From: Macrostomum lignano
Lineage: Eukaryota
NCBI GenBank assembly: GCA_002269645.1
Contig: NIVC01000177.1
Span: forward strand, 398,810 to 462,809
DNA: 64,000 nt
Direction of reading: 5' to 3'
Made by a program: the position numbers and the translations under genes. The notes under the pieces are model-generated. The model had not been told where the DNA came from and did not search any database. It saw only the letters and a list, made by a program, of their open reading frames with translations. Below, one piece after another: positions 23,129 to 34,857 of this stretch (position 1 is the first letter of the stretch; each line of letters starts with the position of its first letter).

Positions 23129-25665
23129 AGGCACAGCAGGCGGCGGACCAGGCGACAAAGAATGTCGGTGCTGCAGTCTCAGCCAACACAAGCGCTAGCA
23201 GCGACTCGGGTCTGACGGCCTCAGACGGCCCGGACGAACTGCCGCATCAGCAGGTGCAAATCCGACGTGGTCGAGGCGACAGCGGCATAGTTGACAACAT
23301 CGTTGCCATGGAGAAAACTGATGACGCTGATGCGGCGGCCTCGGAATTGGATCTGGTGGCCAGTGCGATGTGTCAAAACTTTGCCAGCCCGGTGCCGCTG
23401 GTTGCTAAGGACGCAAAACTGCATCTATCTAAACCGGTTGCTAAGGACGCCAATAATAGTTCGGCTCCATTGCTAACTGCACAATTTATCGACGCTCGTC
23501 TGCGCGTCCTTAGCAACGCGCCTGACAACGCCGCCCTCCTGTTAGCTGACGGCGACGCCGATATTTTAATTAAACGTCTCTATTCGTTGTTAAGCAACGG
23601 CGAGCAGGGCGGCACAGATGCCGGTCAGCTGATCGGCCATCTGCAGCTCATCGGGCGGCTCCTGCTGTCGCCTCAGCGCGCCGAGCCGCTCTGTCGCAAC
23701 GGACGCCTCTACGAAGCCCTCGCCGACCTGTACGAGCGACAGGCCGAGGCTGGCGTCGAGATTCGCGTCCGCTGCGTCCTGGCGCTGGCATCGGCTCGCG
23801 GCGCTAACAACAACAGCGTCTCCATGGCAACTACAGATCTGCGATTGGCTCCGTTACTAGTGGACGACGCGGTGGCTTCTGACCGGGTGAGGCCGCACGC
23901 CCTGCGGCTGCTGAACCAGCTGGGGCCCGCCTGCCACCCGCTGCTCACCGGCCGCCTGTCCGCCTTGCTGGCTCGGCTGCGTCGCCTTGGCAGCAGCGAC
24001 TCGACAGCATCCAGCGCTGACGATGTAGGATTCTGCCTGATTGCCGAACTGCTGGCTAAATTGATTAACGATCCGAAGTGCCGCTCAGTGGCCTACTCGC
24101 CGAGCACACTGGTCGCTTCTATTGGCGAATTTTCTACGCCGTCGACTCGTCGACTTAGACGCGATGTTGCCATGCGGATGGCCTGGCTGGAGCTGCTCGG
24201 CGCGCTGGCTTGCGAGGCGAGCCGCGCCGAACTGGCCTCGATCTGGTGGCCAACATTGTCTAGCGGCGGCGGCTGCGACAGTAAAGCTGGGAAAACTGCT
24301 GCTAGGGGTGGCGACTTTGTCGCTTTGGCTGGTCGACCGGCGCCCCTGGCTGCGGCTGTTCGAGTAAGTTTGAGAGAGAGAAAAAAAATTCTTGTGCTTT
24401 ACTATGAGTAGCTGTCAGGTGCTGAGTAGCCAATTCGGCAGATGTCCGTAAGTTACAAGCAGAAATTGTAGTCAAATTCAAATAGCCATATGTGACTGCT
24501 TACGCTCGTAACTTCAAACTGCAGTCACCTTAGCCAATGGCAATACTTTAGTGCTCTACGATGGGCAAGACAAGCCTAATGAACTTTAATAATCCAAATC
24601 CTGTGTGTGTGCATAGCGACCAAGCGAAAAAGGGGGTGGTGCTTCAGCCCCAGCCAGGCCAATAAACAGTTTGGCTTTCCTTTTGCCCGCTTGTCAGACT
24701 TTGACCTCTCTCCTTATTAGTCTCTCATTGGCTGATCTAGATTGGGCCTGTCCCCTAGGCTCAGTTTCGTCCGTCTGACTTTAACCCTCTCTTCTTACTG
24801 CTCTCTCATTGGCTGAGCTAGATTGGGCCTGTCCCCTAGGCGCAGTTGCGTCCGTCTGACTTTGACCCTCTCTCCTTACTGCTCTCTCATTGGCTGAGCT
24901 AGATTGGGCCTGTCCCCTAGGCGCAGTTGCGTCCGTCTGACTTTGACCCTCTCTCCTTACTGCTCTCTCATTGGCTGAGCCAGATTGGGCCTGTCCCCTA
25001 GGCTCAGTTTCGTCCGTCTTGCGCTTACTTGTGTACACCGAGTTAAACGCTTGTTGTCATTGTTTACCCCATACGCTTCTGAGGCCGCAAATCCCGAGGA
25101 AAGAATAGAAATTTTAGTGTCATATTAAATTTAAGTGAAACTGCGCTGAAAAACTACTGAAAAAAGTAGACGCTTCACTTTTTTCACGACTTTAATTGCG
25201 AGTGGCTATTCCAGTATCTGTGGTAGGAACAGATACTCTACTTGGAGTAAAAATAGTCGTTGAGTTATGGGTATGAAATTTCTAATTTATAATAAAATCA
25301 GCGAATTCCGCAGTGCAACTTATAGTAAAAAGAAATACGATAATACTCAAGATTAGCATATATTGTACGAGTGTAGTATGTCTGTCAATATGTTTACTCA
25401 TGTAAATTTGGAAATCAATACGAGCCGTATTGATAGTTTATAATATCTTCAGTAGAATGGCAAAATTTTCATAGTGACACTGTGATTAATCATTAACCAG
25501 GCCCAGATGTCCGAGATCTACAAGCAGGTGAAAAAAATGGCAAACGGTATGAAATCGTCAGAGAAGAAAAGTCAGCCAGGTCAGCGTCTGCTTGCGGTCA
25601 AGAAGGAACTGAAATTGCTGAAACAGCTGGCCAAGCACAAGCCGAAGCCGGCAAAGAAAAAGTGA
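23129..25665 (+). CDS. Uncharacterised Leu/Ala-rich alpha-helical (ARM/HEAT-like) protein with a Lys-rich C-terminus; 5' end uncertain
   Basis: Exon 23129-24363 (acceptor TCCCTCAG, open frame, first ATG at 23308 in a GCCATGG context, donor GTAAGT at 24364). It splices in phase 0 to exon 25501-25665 (AQMSEIYKQVKK...KPAKKK*). The family assignment is by composition only. Confidence 0.7.
24700..25020. repeat. 81-bp tandem repeat, about 4 units, intronic
   Basis: GGCTGA(G/T)C(T/C)AGATTGGGCCTGTCCCCTAGGC recurs at about 24730, 24811, 24892 and 24973. Confidence 0.9.
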
Positions 25666-26157
25666 CCATAAAGCAGAAGACTTGTTTTCTTCAACCTCCT
25701 GTCAAGACCTTTTTAACAAAAATGGTTGGAACTCTCGTGGAATTATCGGATCCAAATTCAGTAGTATGAATAGCGTTTTTCGTTATTCTTAAATAGATTT
25801 TCAACTTATATCAAGTATATATTCGTTTTACTCTACCTACAGCGGTTCGCTGGCAGTAGGCTACTTAGCTTTTTATGGTATATTTTTCGATCCACATTAA
25901 AAATTTCGTTTTTCACGTCCTATTTTCAGCCGCTAATCAATTATTTATCTTTTGCGCGCTGTTAAATATCTTTTTTACTAGTATAAGCACTTTCTGTGTC
26001 ATTAAATTGCTTTTCAATTTGATCCACCGCGACTAATGCACTTAATCTTTTCGAATTTTCTTAGAAATTCACTTTCCTGTTTTTCAGTTTGATTTCTTTC
26101 GCTGTAGACTCTATATAGAGTTTTACTTGTATTTTAGCTACTCTTTTTAAGACAAAC

Positions 26158-26579
26158 CACAGATACTAGAATAACTAGATGGGCCACTCAACACATTTGC
26201 GTGCAAGCTACTTTCTATTCAGTAGTAAGATAAAGTGAAGCATTTTAATGTGTTTTTAAGACAAGGCTTATTTATTGGCTATTACCCCCCCCCCAAACTC
26301 CACACAGAACCTCTACCCCTGCCCCGCCACCTAATTTTTATCACCTTCCGCGGTTGTTCCAGCCTAAATCTGGTATGTACATTTCAGTAGCTAATGTACA
26401 TTATGGCTGAACCAATTAGCAAGTTGTTTACGTCTGCAATCTTGGCTTCTTAACTTAACTTGACTTCACATCTAAGCTGCCTTTATTCTTATAAAATAGC
26501 TTATGTTTTCTTCTTTGCTACTAAACTGAAACTAGAAAGATGTTTTGCTAAGGCCCATCTAGTTATTCTAGTGTCTGTG
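26158..26579. mobile_element. MITE (422 bp) with 28-bp terminal inverted repeats
   Basis: CACAGATACTAGAATAACTAGATGGGCC (26158-26185) versus GGCCCATCTAGTTATTCTAGTGTCTGTG (26552-26579), 1 mismatch. Flanks AGACAAAC / CGACAAAC (7/8 TSD). Confidence 0.8.
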
Positions 26580-27694
26580 CGACAAACGGGTTTACTAAGA
26601 AGATGGATGAACTACAACTACTTATAGTAGAAATGGTAGCTAATTACATGCAAATTCTGTCAGCTTATACAGGCATAGTTAAAATCCATCACTTTTTCCT
26701 CTCTGTGTCTTTTTTATAATTCTTTCGTCTTGAAAGTAGAAAACACTATAAAAAGGAAAAAGTACAGCAAATTATTTTATTGTTGTTAAGCTTGTTGTGC
26801 CGAATTCTGCGCTAGTGCTGCACACGGATTATATTAGTTGTAGAGTTTATCCTTGGCTTGGTACAGATTGAAGAGCATATTATCATAACCTATTGCTGAT
26901 CTCGTCAGAGTAAACTATGATTTTTTTATTTTGTTGCTTTATCGTCGTCTTTTTGTACAAAAAGACCAAAAATGCACCATTCCAGTTTTTTAAAACCTTT
27001 TCTGTTACGGTGTCAGCTTTCTAGTTTTTAATATTTTTGGGTTTTCTGAGTAGCTTTCTTGCGTTAATAATTAGTGATCAGATGTGAAAAGGCTGTTTTT
27101 AAAGTGGGTAAAATGTTTGGGACGAAAGATGGGCTGCAAATTCTATCATGCACTAACCGCGGACAACTCTACTTAACTTAGCAGATTGCGCTGACAGATT
27201 GTGCGTTATGAAATCTCTCGGTATTACATGTACTTTCTAATGCACCCAGGTTTACTGTTAGCGGTGTGTTTTCCTGCGTTTTTAAGACAATTTTTTACTA
27301 CTCCGTCTACCACGTAATGTAGGTTTTTTAGTTTTCTATCTGGCAATTTTTGGCGATAATTTATTCTATATTTTTCTTCTGTGGTGTTGCATGTTTTGTT
27401 GCTTTCCGCTCACTGTGTTTTTCGCCGCATGCGCCACAACAGCCGTTTTTTGTTTTGGAATCTCAAAAATATAATATACCAATGCAGTTTTCAATTTTGT
27501 TTAAAAGAAATATGCACTTTCATCATCAGATTACTCAATTTTTTGAAGTCGAAAATTGTTAACAGCATCGTCTTTTTTGTAGGATTATCTGTTCTTTGCG
27601 GAAAGAATTTGTTAAGTATTTTGATAGGGTTCTGAATTGTGGTGATCAGAATTGAGAGTTCATGGCGTGCTTAGATATGAAAATCTAGAGCCAA

Positions 27695-28270
27695 TCAGGA
27701 GAGAGATATTATACGAGGAGAGAGAAGAAGTGGCACAAAGTAGGGCGACAAAGAGGGCACTACTGGGGAAAAAATGAAAATGGAGAGCCAATCAGAGGCG
27801 AGGAAAGACAGAGGGGAGCGACAGGATGCAACGCACAAAATGGGGGGTTGGGTGCTAGACGTAAGGGTTGGTGGAGGCCCGGATAAGTAGACTGGGCGAT
27901 ATAGAACGAGAAAGTGCACTACTAGGGTAGAGGTGAAAATGAAGAGCCAATCAGAAGCGAGAGTGATAAAACACAGGCGAGCGAGGGGAAAAGGCACAAG
28001 GGGGGTTAAGCGAGAGTGATAAGACACGGGAGAGAGGGGTAGGGGCATAAAATGGGGGGGTGAAGCGAGAGTGATAAGACACAGGGGAGAGAGGGGTAAG
28101 GGCACAAAATGGAGTGGGGTTGAAGCGAGAGTGATAAGACAAGGAGAGAGGGGGGAATGCACAAAATGGAGGGGTTTGAAGCTGAGAGCGATAAGACACA
28201 GGGGGAAAAGGCACCTAGGGTGCTAGATGAAAGGATAGGTGGGAAGATAAAGGACAAGGTAGTGCACGGC
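27695..28270. repeat. Imperfect G/A-rich tandem repeats (about 60 bp) with AGCCAATCAG and GAGTGATAAGACA motifs
   Basis: GAGCCAATCAG occurs three times, and GCGAGAGTGATAA(G/A)ACA-like motifs about five times. Confidence 0.6.
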
Positions 28271-28450
28271 TAGGGTTGAAAAAAATTAAACCAGCTGGCA
28301 GTTAGCAGGATTAAAGATTAAAGTGAGGATTAAGGGGTGAATTTCAAAAATGGCGCAAAATTCCATTTAAAAGTCTGAGCGAGACAAATTTCTTGTAATC
28401 AGAGAAGTCGAGGATTGAAGATGCAACCAAAATTCACGATCAATTGTCGG

Positions 28451-31157
28451 TCATTTATCAGCCAGGACTTGGCGCAGCTCGGCATAAGTGTTTCGCCTGC
28501 GGAGCAGGGCGTGCTTCACCCGGTCAAGGTCGCTGCCGATTACGGAGCCCAGGGCGCTCTCGTCTCGACTGTTGCTGCTGCCGCCAGCGGCGGCTGAGCT
28601 CAGCGGACTTCGAGACGACGAAAGAGTCGACAAGTTTCCTGGGCTGGGCGTCGCCTGCAGCGTGTCTCGGCTTAAAAAGAGTTTTTTGGTTGAAAACAAA
28701 GGGTGACTTGAATCAGAGTCTTAGGGCTCTAAGGGTCTGACACAAAGCGTCAAAGCGTCTCGGGTTTGATTCCGCTCTCCTCAAGAACTTGGGTTTTATG
28801 ATTATGAAAGCCGATCCCTGAGCCTGCCGACAGGAAGTCAGGGCTACTGTACACATCAGGGCTAATGAGTGCCTGTGTACATCTACGTGTGTAGTCGTGA
28901 GTCTACATACCCTGCATCTTAGGGTTTGTTGGGCCCTGTGGACATTAATCTCATGGCAAACCCTCAGGCCAATTTGCGGAATCGCATGTACGAGTACTTT
29001 GGTACAAGAATCGAACGAATTACCACCGACCTCATTTGCTACCGCCTAAGACTAGCAGTTGGTCCTTAATGGTCCTTCATTGTGGTCATCTGTACGAAGT
29101 GATTGATATTTGTGCAATATTACTGGACCTCATGGATCTTCATTCATCTATGCATTGTGCCTCCTTCCAAAAATAGACAAATAGCAGTGGGGGGCCCGCT
29201 GCCGACGTCCTACCTGCTAGCGGCAGATTCGCACCGATCCCGATTAATGAGACTCCACACGGTGATCTCAATTCGTTGCACGTCGCCGTAGTCTCGCACA
29301 GTCACGTGACTTGTTCGCAGCTTCAACCCGAAGCGAATTAATTCCAGTTTAGCGTCGTTTCGACTGAGCGAAACCAGCCAGCGATTGTCCATGCCGGAAA
29401 CTTCCAGCTGGCTGGCCAGCGGCAGAAACTGGATGCTGTTGATTGTGTATGGCATGTGGACCGCGTCGCGTAGTCGAGTGGCAATGGCCGCACGGACTTC
29501 CGCGTGCGTCAGAGAGAGGCCTTGGTGGACGAGGACTTCTTATGGTTTACTAGTGCCATTGCTCCGATTTGGACAGATCACTTGGGGCACTTGGAATCCG
29601 GACTTAGTGATGAATTCAGTGATATGGAGACTATTTTTCGATATTAAAAGTTTTAGTAAAACTAAGGACTTTAGACTGATTTAGGGACCTAGTGGGTACA
29701 AAAACCTATGGCAAACTTTGATGCTAAAAGGCAGAGTGATACAAGGCTTAAACTGATCGAGAAAGCCCAGGATTTCAGAGTCTTCAACTTTTTAATATTC
29801 TCTTTGATAAACAATTACTCACCTGGATAATTAAAGCAAACGGTGAACCCGGATGCCACGTGCTTTGGCTGCTCAGTGCATTTCAGGTACACCGGACGGA
29901 TGACCCGCTTCATACCGGGGTCGTTTATAACCAGCTGGCCGATTCGCTTCTTCAACAGCGGCAGAAGATTTTGCACCTTCTTCGGGTTCATTCGTTTGCC
30001 ACTGGCTCGGATGAGGATCGGCGCCCAGTCGCTCTCGAATTCGACCTCGTCGGACGGGCCGTCGTTTGGGTCCAGGCCGTGGTAAACCACGTGCTTGCCC
30101 TTGAATTTGTACTTCTTATTGAGCGGCGAGCGCTTCTTTGATAGAACGGAAAATTCTTTGAGGTAGCGCTCGTCTCGGTCCTGGGCGTTGTTGCTGCTGG
30201 CTGCGGAGCGGACGACGCTGCTCAGCCGGCTGCCTCCTGCTGCGGTGCTGCTGGCTTCTACATTTTTTAGGGTTGCAAAGCTTCAGAAAGATTGTTTGAT
30301 TGCTGGGGACACACTGGGCACCCACTTTTTGTGGGTGCTTCTTTTGATTTTTGTGATAGCTTAGCCAACGCGTGATCCGCTGACCTATGAGCACGCATAC
30401 GTACAAAGGCACACACGTAGTTCACACGATATGACATTTTATGGACGGAAAATTTGATTGATTGAACTTGGGTACTTTGGTGAGTCTTAGGTCGCTTAAT
30501 GAACCCTACCGAGTATAAAGTTTGAAGCTTACAACGTACAAAACCCTCTTTTCGCTGCTGGATTCGTGGACTTCGTGCGTCAACTTTTGTGGAGGCCACC
30601 TTCTAAACGTTATTTTTTACTCTTTAGCGATGTCTCTGGTTAACAAAGGACTCAACGGAGTTAATTTCCAGGATATCGAAAATACTGAGCTAATAATTTT
30701 GTGCCACTAGTCGTAAAAATTAAGTTATGAAGTATGTTTTAACTCTTCATAAATCGATGTGCGAAGGATATTGATTAGTCTAAGTATGTAGCTCGTAGAA
30801 AGGCCAGCTAGAGCCGAAATATTACCACTTGATACCAATTGACTCACTGCTACCGATCGAAGACCAAGCCGATTTGATCTTCTTCTTATGGGATCGCCGC
30901 TTTCTCTTGCTGCCGCTCTTAACGGCGTCGCCTCCGGTGTCCGAACTGGCACCGGAAGACAGCTCATCGAGCTCCTTCTGAGCTGTCACATCGCCATCTT
31001 CAATGTCGAATCCGGCGCCTGTAGCTTTTCCTTCACCCTCGACTTCATGATCTTCACCGTCGGTATCTTGGCCATTGTCCTGCTCATTCTCGTTGTCACT
31101 GTCGCTGTCGCTTCGTCCAGTTGCGTCCTCAACTCTAAGCGAATCTCTGCTGGCCAT
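28451..31157 (-). CDS. Uncharacterised 423-aa protein: acidic/basic disordered N-terminus, central folded region, possible ORF1p/ZCCHC3-type RRM
   Basis: Exons 31157-30848, 30257-29823, 29520-29214 and 28670-28451 (phases 1, 1, 2; 1272 nt, all junctions GT-AG and in frame). NLS-like KRKRRSHKKKIK; motif DNRWLVSLSRNDAKLELIRFGLKLRTSHVTVRDY. Confidence 0.75.
28725..28930 (+). mobile_element. Possible diverged tRNA-derived SINE in intron 3
   Basis: B-box-like GGGTTTGATTCC near 28762, preceded by GTCTGAC as in the head of the 56600-56840 copy. Otherwise only weak similarity. Confidence 0.35.
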
Positions 31158-31675
31158 GATGATGTCTAGCGGCTGCTGAGACTTGCTACTATTGATGGAT
31201 ACTCAAAAAGTATCTTAGAGTTCCAGTCAAGCTATAATACGATTGTATGGCCTCTGCACAGGTTTATCGATGCGTAATGGCTCATGCATAATGCACCAAT
31301 GCTGCGCAGCTGATGCGTTGCATCGCGTGTGACTTGGCTGGCATAAATCTTTACATAGTCGATCTATTATTGTGGCCAATAGCAACGGTCACGGTTCTAT
31401 TCAGAATGGCTCAATCAAAGCTTATCGTATCTGTCTAAGCCTCATCAGACAGTTTTTATACAATCAGCCTCATTACGCCTGATCAGAAAGAATGCAAATC
31501 GAAATGGGATGAAAAAGTTTTCGTGTCCTTGACATTTATAAACTTAAAACAGTTATTTTTCATTGAAAAGAACATCATGCTGCCCATTTGAAGAGGCCTT
31601 TTTTATCCATTTCCATCGAGACACTGCAGAATAATAATGTTAAAAACGAAAAGTTCCAATGACGTGTTTTTGTGA

Positions 31676-32314
31676 CTATCTCGTTTCCTTTGTTTTGCTC
31701 TCGCGTCCCTTTGAAATTGAGTTACCAAACGGCTGTCTAAATGAAGCCGCAGTTTGTTGGGAGTCTTTTTTATTAGTAAAAGTAGATTGTCGACCGGAAG
31801 CTGCTGCTGATCGGCCTCGGGGCATCAGTCGGTGCTGAGAATTTTGCAGCGCCATGATCTCGGGCGTCACCCGTCGGTCCTTCTTGAACGCCGAGTCCTG
31901 CTCGTAGCGGACCACGTGCGACCGACTGATGATGTCGAACTCGCCCTGCAGCACAGCCTCGCGTCGGGCGACGTCGGCATTGCTGGTGGACATCAGCGGT
32001 GAGCGTTGAATGTTGGCCGCGGACGAGACGCGACGACGAGGGCGCGAAGTTGACGACGAAGAAGGCGAAGTCGTAGATGAGTTTGATGAAGCCGATAGGG
32101 AGGCTGGATATGAGAGTCGTGGCTCAATGCTACTAACTCCAGCAAGGATGCCTTGCTCAAATGAGCGGTTGAGATTGCGGCTGGCCAGTTGCAACAGCTG
32201 CGCTTGAGAGAGTCGCCGTCCAAGATCGTGCGTCTCCATGGAGGCGGTGTAGGCCATCGGTTTCATGTAGGCCGGGTCCATGGCCGGCTGACTGACTCGC
32301 GTGGATTTTGGCAT
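31676..32314 (-). CDS. Hypothetical single-exon protein, 212 aa, Ser/Arg-rich
   Basis: Open frame from ATG 32314 (MPKSTRVSQPAMDPAYMKP...) with GC-rich, coding-like composition relative to its AT-rich flanks. No recognisable domain. Confidence 0.55.
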   Translation of the reverse strand: MPKSTRVSQPAMDPAYMKPMAYTASMETHDLGRRLSQAQLLQLASRNLNRSFEQGILAGVSSIEPRLSYPASLSASSNSSTTSPSSSSTSRPRRRVSSAANIQRSPLMSTSNADVARREAVLQGEFDIISRSHVVRYEQDSAFKKDRRVTPEIMALQNSQHRLMPRGRSAAASGRQSTFTNKKDSQQTAASFRQPFGNSISKGRESKTKETR

Positions 32315-33648
32315 GCTCAAGTTTAGCGGTTAACTGATATTGGCAATATTAGCGAGGAGTATGATGCGCATCTGCGACAAACTCTTGGAATGCAGATTAC
32401 AAAGCTCTACTCAGATTGGAATAAAATCCCGAACTTCCATAGACAAAACACGGCCCGAGAATACTAGCGTATCTACTTCATATTGTAGAAGCTTAAGCTT
32501 CATTTTTGCCGGTTGTTTACGAGTAATTTTATCCGAGGTCAAAAAACCGTCGGACAGTCAATCTCCCGAACTGTCTGTCCCGAACTGCACTAGGGTTTTT
32601 CATTCAAAAAAGGCATGATTCACTTTAAAGCCACCAAAACTGGACCGAATCATAGTGTTTCAAGTTTTAATTGTTAATTTTAGCAGATTTCACAGGCTAC
32701 ATCCCTACGTCTGCTGACGTAACCCAAAGTCAATTATATGGACATAACCGGTCTCAAATGTATTTTTCAATTTTGTCAACAGATGTTGTAGCTGTTATCG
32801 TATATATATGCGCCGTCCTGAACGTTGGTGCAACGTAAGAGTACCCATTTGCTAGCGATGTCTAGCTACATATGTCAATGTCTGTTTGTAGTCTGTTTGT
32901 ATTTAGGAAAGCCCTAAATAAATTTAAAGTTATAACATGGCGAACATATCTCGCAGTCGTTAGCGGTCAAAAATATTTTGCGTACAATAAATGCAAAGAT
33001 TTACCCGAATGTACTACTCTCCTAATTATGAAGAAATTATGAGACTCAAAAGATGAAAGATCATTTTCTTTTAGATTTCAAAAAAGAAATATTATATAGC
33101 TATACTGAAAATGCATAGTTACTGTATACTGAATATAGTCATTTACTAGTCAATAAAACTAAAATCAAATGAATCTTCGTCGGTGTGTTTGTCGTCTTTT
33201 AAACAAATTCTCTTTTTCTTATGTCACCATAGCCATCAACAATGCGTTTGTTTGCAGAAGCCAGGAAAAGCTTGAATCGGAAAGCCCCCCCCCTCCCAGG
33301 TCCTTGAGACAAACCATCCGCAGTTTCACTTCAAATCCCATTCAACCGATGAAGAGCGCTTTGCTTGCAGATAGCAATCACCAGTCACAGCTCTAGACTA
33401 GGCGGTGCAAACAATATGATCTGCAAACAATTGCAAATCGCTCAAATACAGATCCGTAAAAGCGTTTCGATTGCCGAATCGATAAAACAGACAAACTTGG
33501 CAGCTTCGGTTTAAACACTTAAAAAGGATATTCTCTTCCTTTCACCTAGCTAGTGGGTCAATACTCGTATTTGGCGAGCGTTTTGCCTCTCCATCAAAAG
33601 CGTCGACAAAATCTTCATTTTCTGGAAAGATCTTCTGGAGCTCTAAAC

Positions 33649-34857
33649 ATGTCATATCTATTTTTCGCATTCGGTTTCATCTACTGCATTGTCATAGCAA
33701 CTGCTGTGGCCGCAAACTCCGGCTGGGAGCGCCATCGAAGCGACCTCGCCGAGTACCGGGTGCTGGCGGTGAAGCTGGCCATCAGCGACATTCACTGTAC
33801 GATGCTTGCTGAGAACGCAGATGCCGTCCGCTTCGACGCGGCCTCGGGCTCCTGCTCGCTGCTGGCCTGCGATCGGGGAGCGATGGACGCCTGCAGGAAG
33901 TGCCGGCACTCCAGCGACTCCAGCCTGCCTCAGCTGTGGGTGAGTGAGCTGGGCTTTGCTTAGTGGATTCTGCACTTTGCAGCACCGCATCAATATGCGT
34001 GCACGAAATGCAGCACCGCATCAATATGCGTGCACGAAATGCAGCACCGCATCAATATGCGTGCACGAAATGCAGCACCGCATCAATATGCGTGCACGAA
34101 ATGCAGCACCGCATCAATATGCGTGCACGAAATGCAGCACCGCATCAATATGCGTGCACGAAATGCAGCACCGCATCAATATGCGTGCATGAAATGCAGC
34201 ACCGCATCAATATGCGTGCACGAAATGCAGCACCGCATCAATATGCGTGCACGAAATGCAGCACCGCATCGCTAATTGCAGCTGAGGGAGCCGGTGAAGT
34301 GCTGGACGACCTTCCAGCACCGAGTCGACGGCTCCGTCAGCTTCAACCGCAGCTGGGCGGAGTACGCGAGCGGATTCGGTCAGGGCGAGAGTCTCAACTA
34401 CTGGATGGGACTGGAGCAGCTCCACCAGCTCACCGCCACTGGAGTGTGGAGAGTCCGCTGGGAGTTCAGCGACTGGAACGGCACCTGGTACTGGGCTGAG
34501 AATGCTCCGTTCTCTGTTGGCCCAGCGAGCGACAAGTACAGGTGCTCGATGGGACCTCTGGACGTGAGCAGGTCGAGTGTCGGGCAGCGTACTGAGCAGC
34601 ACTGGTCTCCGAACAACTGGCAGTTCAGCACGCTTGAATCGGACAATGACAACTGGAGCGGTGGCAGCTGCGCCCGAGATAGATCAGGTGGCTGGTGGTT
34701 TGGCTGGTGCAACTTCATCAATCCTAACGGTGTTTACCTGCTCCCACCTGCTGCACTGAATAACACAGGCATCTTCTATTACCTGGTCAATTCAGTGGGC
34801 AGTTCGCTTAAACTGGAGTACTCAATGAAGACTTTTGAGTGCATGCTCTGGCAGTGA
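33649..34857 (+). CDS. Secreted fibrinogen-related (FReD/ficolin/angiopoietin-like C-domain) protein with an N-terminal Cys module, 288 aa
   Basis: Exons 33649-33939 (signal peptide MSYLFFAFGFIYCIVIATAVAA, donor GTGAGT) and 34282-34857. Motifs WTTFQHRVDGSVSFNRSWAEYASGFG, YWMGLEQLHQLT, FSTLESDND, CARDRSGGWWFGWC, NPNG. AATAAA at 34891. Confidence 0.92.
33979..34270. repeat. 31-bp tandem repeat, about 9 units, filling the FReD intron
   Basis: Unit GCAGCACCGCATCAATATGCGTGCACGAAAT. Confidence 0.96.
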
